A stretch of DNA of 61,610 nt, counting the filler, from Candidatus Tectimicrobiota bacterium (lineage in GTDB: Bacteria > JACPSX01), in the NCBI GenBank assembly GCA_016193065.1. It is 5 parts of 5 records of this genome, joined end to end, with 100 filler letters (N's around TTAATTAATTAA, not from the genome) between each part and the next. Parts side by side here need not be neighbours in the genome. Positions count along the whole stretch, not along the records: positions 1 to 22,276 come from JACPSX010000050.1; positions 22,377 to 37,169 come from JACPSX010000126.1; 3 more parts are not named here. One strand, written 5' to 3'. The position numbers and the translations under genes are program-made. This document shows positions 16,975 to 25,624 of this stretch, in pieces. The notes under the pieces are model-generated. The model had not been told where the DNA came from and did not search any database. It was given only the letters and a program-made list of their open reading frames with translations. The stretch's first letter is position 1. The number at the start of each line of letters is the position of its first letter.

Positions 16975-18618
16975 TTACGCGAAAAGGTCCACGGTCCCGC
17001 GCTGCGAGTAAGCATCCTTGTGCCGAGATCTCAGATCCTCTGCTTCGATCCGGGGCATTTCACTGCCGTCTTCTCCGAGGCCCGCGGCGCTTTCCTGGTC
17101 GTGAGGGGCGGGCATCCCGTTGCGAGAGTGCCGCCACGGGTTTTCCCCCACCTGGACAAAGAGACGGTCTACTCTTAAGCCCTGTTCTTCCAGGGCTCCC
17201 CGCAGGCGGTCCATGTGGGTCTCAATGACTTCACGAACCGCGGCGGTCTCTGCGATGAACTTGGCCTGAATGCCGCGCTGGTCGCTGGTGATCTGCACGT
17301 GCAGTCGGCCCAGAGAATCGGGCTTGAGATCCAGCTCCATCCGCCCCTCACCCCGGCTCAAATGATAGGAGATGCGCTCCACAATCTGTCCCAACACCGG
17401 CGGGGCGGGAGTTTGGGGTCGCGCTGAGAGTTCCGGGGGATTGAAGGGCGGGTTCTGTAGCCGGTGGGGTGGCGTTTCTCCGAGGGGATTAGGCGTCTCC
17501 TGAAGCAAGGTAGTCGATGCCGGCGCCTGTACCCTTTCCGGTTCACGGTAAGACGTGCGCTGGGTTCCTTTCAGGGGATCTTCGATCAGGAGGGAGGTGG
17601 GACTTGGGCGAGATGGTTGATCTTCCGATTCCGACCAGGCTCCCTGCTCGAAAAGACCCGAGTAAGGCAGTTGCCTGGCGCCGCTCTGATTGTCCTGTCC
17701 TTCGAGACCTTTTATGGCAGGGGCCGGAGGTTCTCCCATGGACCGGCTCAGGGCCCGAGCTTCCTGCATCCATCCCGGCCGGGGGAGTCGTAGATCCTGC
17801 GCATTGGTTGCAGGAACCCGGCCAGAGCCAAGCAATGTCCCTGTTCCTTCAGGGTGGTCTTGGGGATCCTGTGCACCAGTTACAGCAACGGGCCACGGGG
17901 ATTCTGGGGACCCACTCATTGACTGTGGGCTTCCCGGGCTAGGAAGGGATGATGGATGGGTGCCCTGCTTTCCCTCCGGTGCCGGCAAGATGACCCCTTC
18001 GACATTTACGGCACGATGTCGCGCTCCTTCTGCCGATGGATCGCGACCGGCATCCGGAAAGAGGCGTTCAACGCCTTTGGTCAGTGCAACGAGCTTTTCC
18101 TCGGTCAACGCACCGGCGCCGGTCTGACTGTCCGCTTCCCCCGTGGTGAATAACGCCGCAATATCGGCGGCTCCCGAGTTTGCGGAACCTGGAGGCGGGA
18201 ACGACGGGAGTCCCATTTCCTTCCCGGCTTCCGGTCGGGAAGCGTCGGGCTCCAGAAGAATCACGGGTGTAGGCGTTCCGGTCGCAAGAGTCGGGATTGC
18301 ACACCCGCAAGGCGGGTACCCGATCGGGCCATCCGCCGGTGGGACTTGGGTATCGGGAAGGTCCGGAAAACTTTCTCCTACCCACCACAGCCACAACCCG
18401 GTGGGCGCCGGCGTAGCGTTTCCCCCGCTGTCGTCAACGGGGATCGTTTGAGTCGACTGTGCGTCTGCAGAGGGGAGAATCGGCCCTGCTGCCAGACCGA
18501 GAAGATCCTCAAAATCCGTGGAGGTTCCTTCTCCGGAAGAGCCAGGCGATGTCTTTGTCGGCTGTAACGGCGCTGCAGCACAGGTGCCCGGCAAGGGTAA
18601 GAGATTTGTTGCGCTCAC
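16975..18618 (-). CDS. fliK: Flagellar hook-length control protein FliK
   Basis: Long Pro/Ser-rich region, then MELDLKPDSLGRLHVQI...LRGALEEQGLRVD; directly upstream of flgD/flgE; likely GTG start at 18618 (GGAG RBS). Confidence 0.88.
   Translation of the reverse strand: MSATNLLPLPGTCAAAPLQPTKTSPGSSGEGTSTDFEDLLGLAAGPILPSADAQSTQTIPVDDSGGNATPAPTGLWLWWVGESFPDLPDTQVPPADGPIGYPPCGCAIPTLATGTPTPVILLEPDASRPEAGKEMGLPSFPPPGSANSGAADIAALFTTGEADSQTGAGALTEEKLVALTKGVERLFPDAGRDPSAEGARHRAVNVEGVILPAPEGKQGTHPSSLPSPGSPQSMSGSPESPWPVAVTGAQDPQDHPEGTGTLLGSGRVPATNAQDLRLPRPGWMQEARALSRSMGEPPAPAIKGLEGQDNQSGARQLPYSGLFEQGAWSESEDQPSRPSPTSLLIEDPLKGTQRTSYREPERVQAPASTTLLQETPNPLGETPPHRLQNPPFNPPELSARPQTPAPPVLGQIVERISYHLSRGEGRMELDLKPDSLGRLHVQITSDQRGIQAKFIAETAAVREVIETHMDRLRGALEEQGLRVDRLFVQVGENPWRHSRNGMPAPHDQESAAGLGEDGSEMPRIEAEDLRSRHKDAYSQRGTVDLFA
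18302..18322. repeat. 21-nt palindromic element, opposite orientation, inside fliK
   Basis: cacccgcaaggcgggtacccg; read as GYPPCG in FliK. Confidence 0.9.
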
Positions 18619-18667
18619 AGAGTTTTCTCCGGCCTCTCGGGAACTTGAAAGCTCCGTGGAGGCGGAG

Positions 18668-18684
18668 AGCAATCCCCATGCCAA
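18668..18684 (-). promoter_or_regulatory. Sigma54 promoter for fliK-flgD-flgE
   Basis: Minus strand reads TTGGCATGGGGATTGCT (GG-N10-GC), 50 nt upstream of the GTG. Confidence 0.75.
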
Positions 18685-18835
18685 CCGCTATCTAGGCCTA
18701 ATTCCTGGAGTTGGCGTGCAGGGACGGTCTGAAGTGAGGGAAGTTTTTACCGCCCGGGGAAAAAGGTGCTAGGCAAGCGACACTGCGGAGGTGGCGGGTA
18801 GGAGACCGGGGTGCCCACACCCAGGAGGGGTACCC

Positions 18836-18931
18836 GGCTCACGAAGCGCTTGCGACGTGAGTTGTGTCGGCCGGATTGCGAGGTCTCTTCCTCGCAACCG
18901 CTTAGATCGCCTACGGGGGCTAACCCCTCGG
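18836..18931. repeat. ~115-nt MITE-like element, copy A (left end missing)
   Basis: Near-identical to the reverse complement of 24212-24306. Confidence 0.85.
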
Positions 18932-18969
18932 GTGATGAGGTTCCAGGAAGGGCGGCGCCTACAAAACTT

Positions 18970-18997
18970 TGTAGGGGCACCCCTGCGTGGGTGCCCT
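18970..18997 (+). repeat. GTAG-type REP-like hairpin
   Basis: tGTAGgggcaccc-ctgcgt-gggtgccc, preceded by an inverted cctaca half. Confidence 0.6.
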
Positions 18998-19085
18998 CCG
19001 TCGCCTGTGGGGGGCTGCCCCGAGGACTTTGCCACCGGGGCACTGCGTGCAAGCGACCTGAGCAGGTGCGGGCGAGAGAATGGCC

Positions 19086-19835
19086 CTATCGGCCCGGCGG
19101 TTTGGCCAATTGTTCGCTGAGGCGGGCGGCTTTCTCGGGATTCATGAAGGCCAGGATCCGGGAAGCTTGTCGGTCCTTCATGCGCTGAAAGACTTTCAAG
19201 GTGGTCTCTTCCTGCATGCGCTCCAGGAGGGGAGCCGCTTCTTCGGGCCTCATGCCGCTGTACAGCTTGGCCAGCCGGCTGATCTTTTCTTCCTCCATTT
19301 GGCCGATCATGCCGAGACGCTCCTGGATCCGCTTTTCGGTCTGCAGGATCTCGGCCAGCTTCTTCTCCACTTCTTGCTTAAGGCTTTGGAGGCGCTCCTC
19401 GTAACGCTTCAGGGCTTCTTCGCGGCGGTCCAGATCTTCCTTGCGTTTCTCCAGGGATTGCAGGATCTGAAGATCCTTCAGGGAAAGGGGAGCACCTTGC
19501 GCGGAGGCGGAGCGAGCCCCTTCCGTGGAGTCGGCCGCAAATCCCAGCAAAGGAACAACCAGGATCCAGCCCAGACACAGGATCACCCCCGCCCCACGAC
19601 GCAGGTAGTCCCCGCAAAAGTTAGCCGTAATCCGAAATTCGAACGTCTTGCCGGGGAGTGCGGGCCCGCGGGTGGTGCCGGGGATGCCTCCGGAGAGACG
19701 CGCGAAAGTGGGACCCTCGTCAGGGTGACGTAGCGCGGCTCGGAGGAGGCGCCCCGGCGACAGGACCTGCGGGCCGATGGCACGCTTAGAAGGCGACAGT
19801 TTTTTCGGATCAGGGTTAGCTCCGCCGTTGTTCAT
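19086..19835 (-). CDS. MotE/MgtE-N-like flagellar coiled-coil protein
   Basis: Coiled coil, then KISRLAKLYSGMRPEEAAPLLERM...ASRILAFMNPEKAARLS; ATG at 19835 with GGAGG RBS overlapping the end of fliJ (start uncertain). Confidence 0.8.
   Translation of the reverse strand: MNNGGANPDPKKLSPSKRAIGPQVLSPGRLLRAALRHPDEGPTFARLSGGIPGTTRGPALPGKTFEFRITANFCGDYLRRGAGVILCLGWILVVPLLGFAADSTEGARSASAQGAPLSLKDLQILQSLEKRKEDLDRREEALKRYEERLQSLKQEVEKKLAEILQTEKRIQERLGMIGQMEEEKISRLAKLYSGMRPEEAAPLLERMQEETTLKVFQRMKDRQASRILAFMNPEKAARLSEQLAKPPGR
19663..19785. repeat. ~120-nt stem-loop repeat, copy 1
   Basis: Aligns with 53126-53263; terminal inverted repeat ggcccgcggg...cctgcgggcc. Confidence 0.85.
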
Positions 19836-20277
19836 TGCCTTCCTCCCTGAGACGGTTTTGTCCGGCAATCTCATCGAGTATGCGGGTTTCCTGACGCGTT
19901 TCCTCGTAGACATAGGCTTGCTGCTTCTTCTCTTTCAGGCGTTCGAGAACTTTTTTCTTTTTGGAAGCCTCCACAAGCTCAACCCGTTTGGCTTCTGCGG
20001 CCAATTCCAGCTCGCGAACCGTGTCCTGCTGGTGGAGGATCTCAGTGCCCAGCCTCTCCAGATACGCGCGGTAAAGGTCCATCTCGGCCGCCGTGATCCC
20101 CCGGCCCTGCCGGTCTTGCAGTTCGGCCCTGTACCGGGATTTTTGGTTCTCCAGGGCTGCCAGGCAAGCCAGAGCCGCTTTCCATGCAATCTGGCATTGT
20201 GCCAGTTCCTGTTGCAGCTTTTCTTCGGTCCATTTCCTGACTCGGAGCGCGGGCTCCAGACGGAACTTAAACATCAT
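19816..20277 (-). CDS. fliJ: Flagellar export chaperone FliJ
   Basis: FKFRLEPALRVR...KKKKVLERLKEK...ILDE; follows fliI. Confidence 0.9.
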   Translation of the reverse strand: MMFKFRLEPALRVRKWTEEKLQQELAQCQIAWKAALACLAALENQKSRYRAELQDRQGRGITAAEMDLYRAYLERLGTEILHQQDTVRELELAAEAKRVELVEASKKKKVLERLKEKKQQAYVYEETRQETRILDEIAGQNRLREEGNEQRRS

Positions 20278-21554
20278 GCTTTGAAGAGTTCTTCCAGTTG
20301 GGTTTGGCTCGTTTTGAAATCCACTCGTTCGTCAATCCCCTGGCACAGATAGCGGTTGATGGGGTCAATCATCTTGAGGGCGTAGTCGATGCGCTCGTTG
20401 CTCCCCTGCACGTAGGCTCCGATATTGATGAGGTCCACGGCTTCCTGATAGGTAGCCAAAACTCCACGCAGCCGGTTGGCGAGGTCCCGGTGCGTCGGGC
20501 CCACGATATCGATCATGAGCCGGCTCACGCTTCCCAAAATGTCAATGGCGGGATAGTGGTTCTGATTGGCCTGTTGGCGGGACAGGACAATATGTCCGTC
20601 CAGGATGGAGCGCACCGTATCGGAGATCGGTTCATTGAGGTCGTCTCCTTCCACAAGCACGGTGTAGAGGCCGGTAATGGGAAGCATGGCGAAAACCGAG
20701 GGGGTATACCCTTTGGTAGTCGGCGGCTCTCCGATCGCCAGACCGATCTCCCTCAAAGCCATCGCGAAACGGGTGACGGAGTCCATCATCAGGAGCACGT
20801 GCTTTCCCCGGGAGCGAAAATATTCCGCTATGGCCGTTGCGATAAACGCCCCTCTCATCCGGATCAACGGGGGCTGGTCCGAAGTAGCGGCCACCACGAC
20901 GGAGCGCTGCAGCCCCTCGGGACCCAGATTTTTCTCGATGAAATCACGGACCTCTCGCCCCCGCTCTCCAATCAGGGCAATGACGTTGACATCGGCGTTG
21001 GTGTAGCGCGCGATCATCCCGAGAACGATACTTTTCCCTACGCCGGATCCGGCCAGGATCCCGATCCGTTGCCCCTTCCCGCAGGTCAGCAGGCCATTGA
21101 TGGCGCGAATTCCCAGATCGAGAGGCTCCTCGATCCGTCTGCGCTGCAAGGGATTGATGGGCGGAGCATAGATCGGGTATTCCTCCCGGGGGCGCAGGAG
21201 TTCCCCCTCGTCGATGGGATTGCCCAGGCCGTCAATGACCCGTCCCAAGAGAGTTTCTCCAACCCGAATCGTAGCCCTCTGGTGGCGGGCCACGATGCGG
21301 CTGCCGGGACGGATCCCCCGCACATCCCCCAAAGGCATGAGCAGGATGCGATGGTCGCGGAACCCGACCACCTCGGCCACGACCCGTGACTGCCTCCCCT
21401 GGGGAAAGATATCGCAAAGGGCCCCCACGGAGGAGCCCGGGCCGTGCCCCTGGATGACCGTTCCCACGACCTGGATCACCTTGCCGTTGACCCGGGTCGA
21501 GTGGATTTCCTTAAGGGCGTTGTGAAACTTTTGGAAATCAACGGGTGCGTCCAT
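20274..21554 (-). CDS. fliI: Flagellar export ATPase FliI with in-frame internal deletion
   Basis: GQRIGILAGSGVGKS, LIGERGREV, MDSVTRFAMA; the segment between SVFAMLP and ITGLYTVL lacks the conserved ERAG helix/loop. Confidence 0.93.
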   Translation of the reverse strand: MDAPVDFQKFHNALKEIHSTRVNGKVIQVVGTVIQGHGPGSSVGALCDIFPQGRQSRVVAEVVGFRDHRILLMPLGDVRGIRPGSRIVARHQRATIRVGETLLGRVIDGLGNPIDEGELLRPREEYPIYAPPINPLQRRRIEEPLDLGIRAINGLLTCGKGQRIGILAGSGVGKSIVLGMIARYTNADVNVIALIGERGREVRDFIEKNLGPEGLQRSVVVAATSDQPPLIRMRGAFIATAIAEYFRSRGKHVLLMMDSVTRFAMALREIGLAIGEPPTTKGYTPSVFAMLPITGLYTVLVEGDDLNEPISDTVRSILDGHIVLSRQQANQNHYPAIDILGSVSRLMIDIVGPTHRDLANRLRGVLATYQEAVDLINIGAYVQGSNERIDYALKMIDPINRYLCQGIDERVDFKTSQTQLEELFKA

Positions 21555-22276
21555 CAGTCCGTCCGGCGGCGCCGATAAAACTGGGTTCTCAGCCCCTGCT
21601 CGATTTCATCGAGTTGCCGCTCGACGCGCCCGTCGATTTCGCCCAGGTGGGTCTCCACCACCACACCCCCCCGGGAGATATTGGGATCGCGCTCCAGAGA
21701 GAGACTCTTAATGCCCTCCACGGAGGCAAGAAGCGAGTCCCGGCACTCCATCCCGACGTCAAAATCCTCCGGGTTGAGGTGTACTTTCAGCTCTTCCCGA
21801 TCCACCGTCTCCTGCAGAATGGCTTTTAGGATTCCCACGATGGTCTGCGGGTTCTGGGTGACTTCCTGATGAATCACTTTGCGGGCGATCGCCAGGGCGA
21901 GTTCGATCACTTCTTTTTCTTGCCGCTCGATAAGCTGGCGGCGAAGCTGTCCCAGTTCCTCTCCGGCTTTCAGGAAGGCGGCGATGGCCGGGGCAAGGCG
22001 CTCCTCCACCTGCTGGCGAGCCTCTGCCAGTCCCTGAGCCAGTCCTTCCGACCGGGCCTGTTCCTTGAGGCGGGCTGCTTCCTCCGTGGCCTGCCGCAGG
22101 ATGGCCTCCGTTTCAGAGAGGGCCTCCTGTGCGGACGCCGATACCGGTTGAGCTCCGGCAGCGCGGGATGCTGGGGTCTCCTCGCAGAGATCCTCAAACA
22201 GATAGACCTCGGTCTTGATCTCCGGTTTGGCGGCCTTCTCCTGTTCCACGTCCGGCAGTTCCAGGGTCCGGCAATC
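21554..22276 (-). CDS. fliH: Flagellar assembly protein FliH, N-terminus probably truncated at contig end
   Basis: ARSEGLAQGLAEA, VHLNPEDF, ISRGGVVVETHLGEIDGR; the frame stays open to the contig edge. Confidence 0.9.
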   Translation of the reverse strand, partial: DCRTLELPDVEQEKAAKPEIKTEVYLFEDLCEETPASRAAGAQPVSASAQEALSETEAILRQATEEAARLKEQARSEGLAQGLAEARQQVEERLAPAIAAFLKAGEELGQLRRQLIERQEKEVIELALAIARKVIHQEVTQNPQTIVGILKAILQETVDREELKVHLNPEDFDVGMECRDSLLASVEGIKSLSLERDPNISRGGVVVETHLGEIDGRVERQLDEIEQGLRTQFYRRRRTD

Positions 22277-22376
22277 NNNNNNNNNNNNNNNNNNNNNNNN
22301 NNNNNNNNNNNNNNNNNNNNTTAATTAATTAANNNNNNNNNNNNNNNNNNNNNNNNNNNNNNNNNNNNNNNNNNNN
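22277..22376. other. Artificial contig spacer
   Basis: 44 N + TTAATTAATTAA + 44 N. Confidence 0.98.
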
Positions 22377-22736
22377 TCCGACGTGAAGCTCGTAGAAGAT
22401 GAAGTCCCGCAGCGGCGGACAGAACCAGCCGGAATCCTCCCAGGCAAAGTGCGGGTCCACGACACATGAGGGGCCGTGGACCCCCTGGGGCTGGAATCGG
22501 GAAGCAGGATCGGGCCGTTCTTTTTTTCCGTCGAGCCTGTACACGTACAGGTCCCCGGGTCGGATCCTCTCCACCACGGCCTGGTAGTACCCCCGGTCCT
22601 CGCAGGTGAGGGGGATCAGCCTCTCCCGGGGTGCGCAGATGTGCACCTCGACCCTTTCCGCCTGGGGAGCCCAGACCCGGAACCGGCAGCGGCCCTCCCC
22701 GAGGTAAACGGCTCCGATGCTGTGTTCGGATCTCAC
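22377..22736 (-). CDS. treZ: Malto-oligosyltrehalose trehalohydrolase, N-terminal part
   Basis: FRVWAPQA, RPDPASRFQPQGVHGPS, FYELHVG. Confidence 0.9.
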
Positions 22737-22990
22737 GTCCGTCTCTCCTCTCGCTTGAAGAACACAGCCGCCAGCGGCGGCAGGGCAGCGTTCAGATCCC
22801 CCCGGTACTCGCTGGCGTTGCTGTCGAGTGCCTCCTTCCGGAACCCCCCGGTGGGAATCCCCACCCGATCATTCGGCCTGAGCACCGGAGTAACGTTGCA
22901 GACGATCAGCATTCAATTCTCCGAGGAGGGCCTGGCGGAGGAAGAGGACGGCGCTCTGCTCCGCGGCGTAGAGCCTGCTGAAGGAGCATA
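22733..22990 (-). pseudogene. glgB: Degraded C-terminal remnant of glucan branching enzyme
   Basis: Hand translation gives MLIVCNVTPVLRPNDRVGIPTGGFRKEALDSNASEY* and then LPPLAAVFFK, resembling the GlgB C-terminal domain. Confidence 0.65.
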
Positions 22991-23134
22991 GGGAATCGGG
23001 GAGCGTTCTCAACTGGCAGGACCGGCGCGCGGACCTCTACCAGATTCGCTACCGGGAGGATGAACATGACAGCGAGGTCTGAACCGGAAATGGAGCTCGC
23101 AATGCGAGGCTACCCGACTCTCCCCGGCCAGCGC

Positions 23135-24139
23135 TCAGCCGGAAGACTCATCCCGTTTCTCAACTAAGTCAATCTTCTGGAAACCCAAGTTGAGCAGACG
23201 AATTGCCGACCGTCGCCGGCTCTCCGGATTTGGAGCGCCCATCACCACCGCGATGACCCGCATATCCCCCCTGCGAGCCGTGGCCGTGAGGTTGAACCCC
23301 GAGCGGCGCGTGAAGCCCGTCTTGAGCCCGTCGGCTCCCGGGTAGGTTCGAACCAGAGGATTCACGTTTGCGATGGTCCGTTTGCTCTTTCCTATGTGAA
23401 CGGTGGCCGCTGGTTGTGAAGCCCATTTCAAAACCCGATCATGGCGCGCGAGTTGCCGTCCCAGGCGCGCCATATCGTAAGCCGTGCTGAGATCGTAGAT
23501 CCGGCCGCGCTGGCGGGGCAGACCGCTAACCGTCCGAAAGACGGTTTCTTTCATTTTGAGCTGCGCAGCCCGCCGGTTCATAATACGGGTGAAATTTTGA
23601 GTCGTATCGCCTATATACTCGGCCACGGCCACCGCGGCGTCGTTAGCCGAGGTGACGATCATGGCCTTGAGCAGGTCCTGCAAAGAAATCATCTGGCGCG
23701 GCTGCAAGTGAAGCGCACGACCCCCTGTTTGGCTGGCATTTGGGGAAATCCTCACGCGGTCCTGGAGGGAGATCCCTCCTTCCTTGATCCTCTCCAGGGC
23801 AATGAGCATGACCATCATCTTGGTCATAGAAGCCGGGGGCCAGCGCTTGTGGGAATTCCTCTCATAGAGAATTTCCCCGCTGTTGGCGTCCAGAACCACG
23901 GCGGCTTTGTAAGCCGAGGGGACCGCCACTATGGAGCGGGAGGGTTTGTTCTGTTTCTTCGGAGGATGGGCGAAAGCTGTCGAAACGGAAAGGAAAACCA
24001 TCAGGAACAAAAGCAGAGTTTTCAACAACCACCTCCCTTTTCCACTCGAAATTTCTTCACGAGAACCAACGCCGTGAGTAGCAGACGCAATGGGGGCAAT
24101 ATTAACTACCGCTCTTTTCCATGTCAACCATAGGATCAT
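23135..24139 (-). CDS. D-alanyl-D-alanine carboxypeptidase (peptidase S11), start uncertain
   Basis: PPASMTK (SxxK), SANDAA (SxN), GLKTGFT (KTG). Confidence 0.92.
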   Translation of the reverse strand: MILWLTWKRAVVNIAPIASATHGVGSREEISSGKGRWLLKTLLLFLMVFLSVSTAFAHPPKKQNKPSRSIVAVPSAYKAAVVLDANSGEILYERNSHKRWPPASMTKMMVMLIALERIKEGGISLQDRVRISPNASQTGGRALHLQPRQMISLQDLLKAMIVTSANDAAVAVAEYIGDTTQNFTRIMNRRAAQLKMKETVFRTVSGLPRQRGRIYDLSTAYDMARLGRQLARHDRVLKWASQPAATVHIGKSKRTIANVNPLVRTYPGADGLKTGFTRRSGFNLTATARRGDMRVIAVVMGAPNPESRRRSAIRLLNLGFQKIDLVEKRDESSG

Positions 24140-24210
24140 CCTTGCCCACCCCCAGTTTCTGCATGTACTATTGCCATCGGGCCTGCCTTCCTGCCCCTCG
24201 GTGCTCTTTC

Positions 24211-24326
24211 TCCGAGGGGTTGCCCCCGCAGGCGATCTAAGCGGTTGCGAGGAAGAGAACTCTCAATCCGGCCGACACAACTCACATCGCAAGCGCTTCG
24301 TGAGCCCAAGGGGGCTCCCCCGAGGA
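24211..24326. repeat. ~115-nt MITE-like element, copy B
   Basis: Imperfect terminal inverted repeats; matches 18836-18931 and the ends of 38531-38645. Confidence 0.8.
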
Positions 24327-24382
24327 GTGGATGAGAGAGGGTAATAATTTCTCAGTGACAAACTGGGAGTGGGCAAGGAGAT

Positions 24383-25624
24383 TCATCTCCTTTTCTCGCC
24401 GCGCAGCTCCAGCACCCCGCGTGTCTGACGCTGTACGACGGAGAGGATCAAGACCATCCAGCTCTTCAGGTATTGAGTGAGCAGGAAGTTGGTGCGTACG
24501 TATTCTCTGCCCGCCTCTCCAAACCTTTGGGCCAGATCTGGATTAGCCACGAGCTCCTTTATACGGAAGGCTGTGCCTTCCACGGTGTTGACCAGAAAGC
24601 CCGTGACTCCCTGGATGATCTGGTTGCGGATTCCCCCGACGGCGCCTCCGATGACCGATTTCCCCTTCCACATGGCCTCCGTAACGACCAGGCCAAATCC
24701 CTCGCGCAGGGATTTTTGCACCACCACCGATGCGGCTCTCTGTAGAGCGTTGATCTCCACGTGGCTGTCCGGCGACAGGTTCAGGACGTGGATGTCCTGG
24801 TCTCCTTGGGCTCGTTCCAAGACGAGCTGCAAGACTTTTTCTCCCTCGGGGTCATCGGCAGCGGAACCTCCGGCCAGGACGAGCTGGCAGTCCACGCTTT
24901 TCTTGGCGATCTTGTACGCGTCAATGACCCCAAGGGGGTCTTTGAGAAAATCAAAGCGGGATACCTGAAGGACGATGGGCCTGGACGGATCGATGGAAAA
25001 TCGGCCCAGCACCTTTCGGATCTCCTCGGAACTCAAGTCCCGGTTCTTGTCGCTCAGGGGATCGATGGCAGGGGGGATAATGAACTGAGGAATCAGAAGT
25101 TCCTTGGCATAGTCCACCAGGTGGAACACGGCCGCGTCACACCTCTCGACCATGGGCCGCAGGAGGCCCCAGACTCCGATCTGCGCCAGGGAAAGATCAA
25201 TGTGGCAGCGCCAGATGGTGCGCCTCCTGCCTCGTCTTTGGGTCCTGATCAAAGGGAGAGGTTGAGGGTCATGGAGCACTACGAGGTCGGCCTCCTTGTC
25301 CACGAGGTCGCGGTTGGCCATGGCCTCGGCACTATACAGGCGGAACATGCTGTCTGTGACCAGATCGGTGGCGCCGTGAAGGGCGTTATGGATCGCCTTG
25401 GTTACTTCAAAGAAAGCGGGCTTTGCGGTCATCACGCTCCACTGGGCCTCGATTCCCAACTCGTTCATCATGGGGGTCAGGCGGGCAAGGATCTCGGCAA
25501 CGCCGCCTCCGACCCGAGTGGAGTTGATGTGCTGCACTTTGAGTCCACGCAGGTGGCGGGCCAGGGCGCGAATCTCGGCGATTTCCTCGGAGCCCACCAC
25601 GGACTCGTAGGCTTCAAGATGCAT
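24383..25624 (-). CDS. treT: GT4 glycosyltransferase, TreT-type trehalose synthase
   Basis: HINSTRVGGGVAEIL, HDPQP, WRCHIDLS, VSRFDFLKDPLG, EGFGLVVTEAMWKG. Confidence 0.85.
   Translation of the reverse strand: MHLEAYESVVGSEEIAEIRALARHLRGLKVQHINSTRVGGGVAEILARLTPMMNELGIEAQWSVMTAKPAFFEVTKAIHNALHGATDLVTDSMFRLYSAEAMANRDLVDKEADLVVLHDPQPLPLIRTQRRGRRRTIWRCHIDLSLAQIGVWGLLRPMVERCDAAVFHLVDYAKELLIPQFIIPPAIDPLSDKNRDLSSEEIRKVLGRFSIDPSRPIVLQVSRFDFLKDPLGVIDAYKIAKKSVDCQLVLAGGSAADDPEGEKVLQLVLERAQGDQDIHVLNLSPDSHVEINALQRAASVVVQKSLREGFGLVVTEAMWKGKSVIGGAVGGIRNQIIQGVTGFLVNTVEGTAFRIKELVANPDLAQRFGEAGREYVRTNFLLTQYLKSWMVLILSVVQRQTRGVLELRGEKRR

Noticed and set aside
22277-22376. TTAATTAATTAA flanked by N runs, four times
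   Set aside because: An artificial all-frame-stop contig linker. Adjacency across linkers has no biological meaning.
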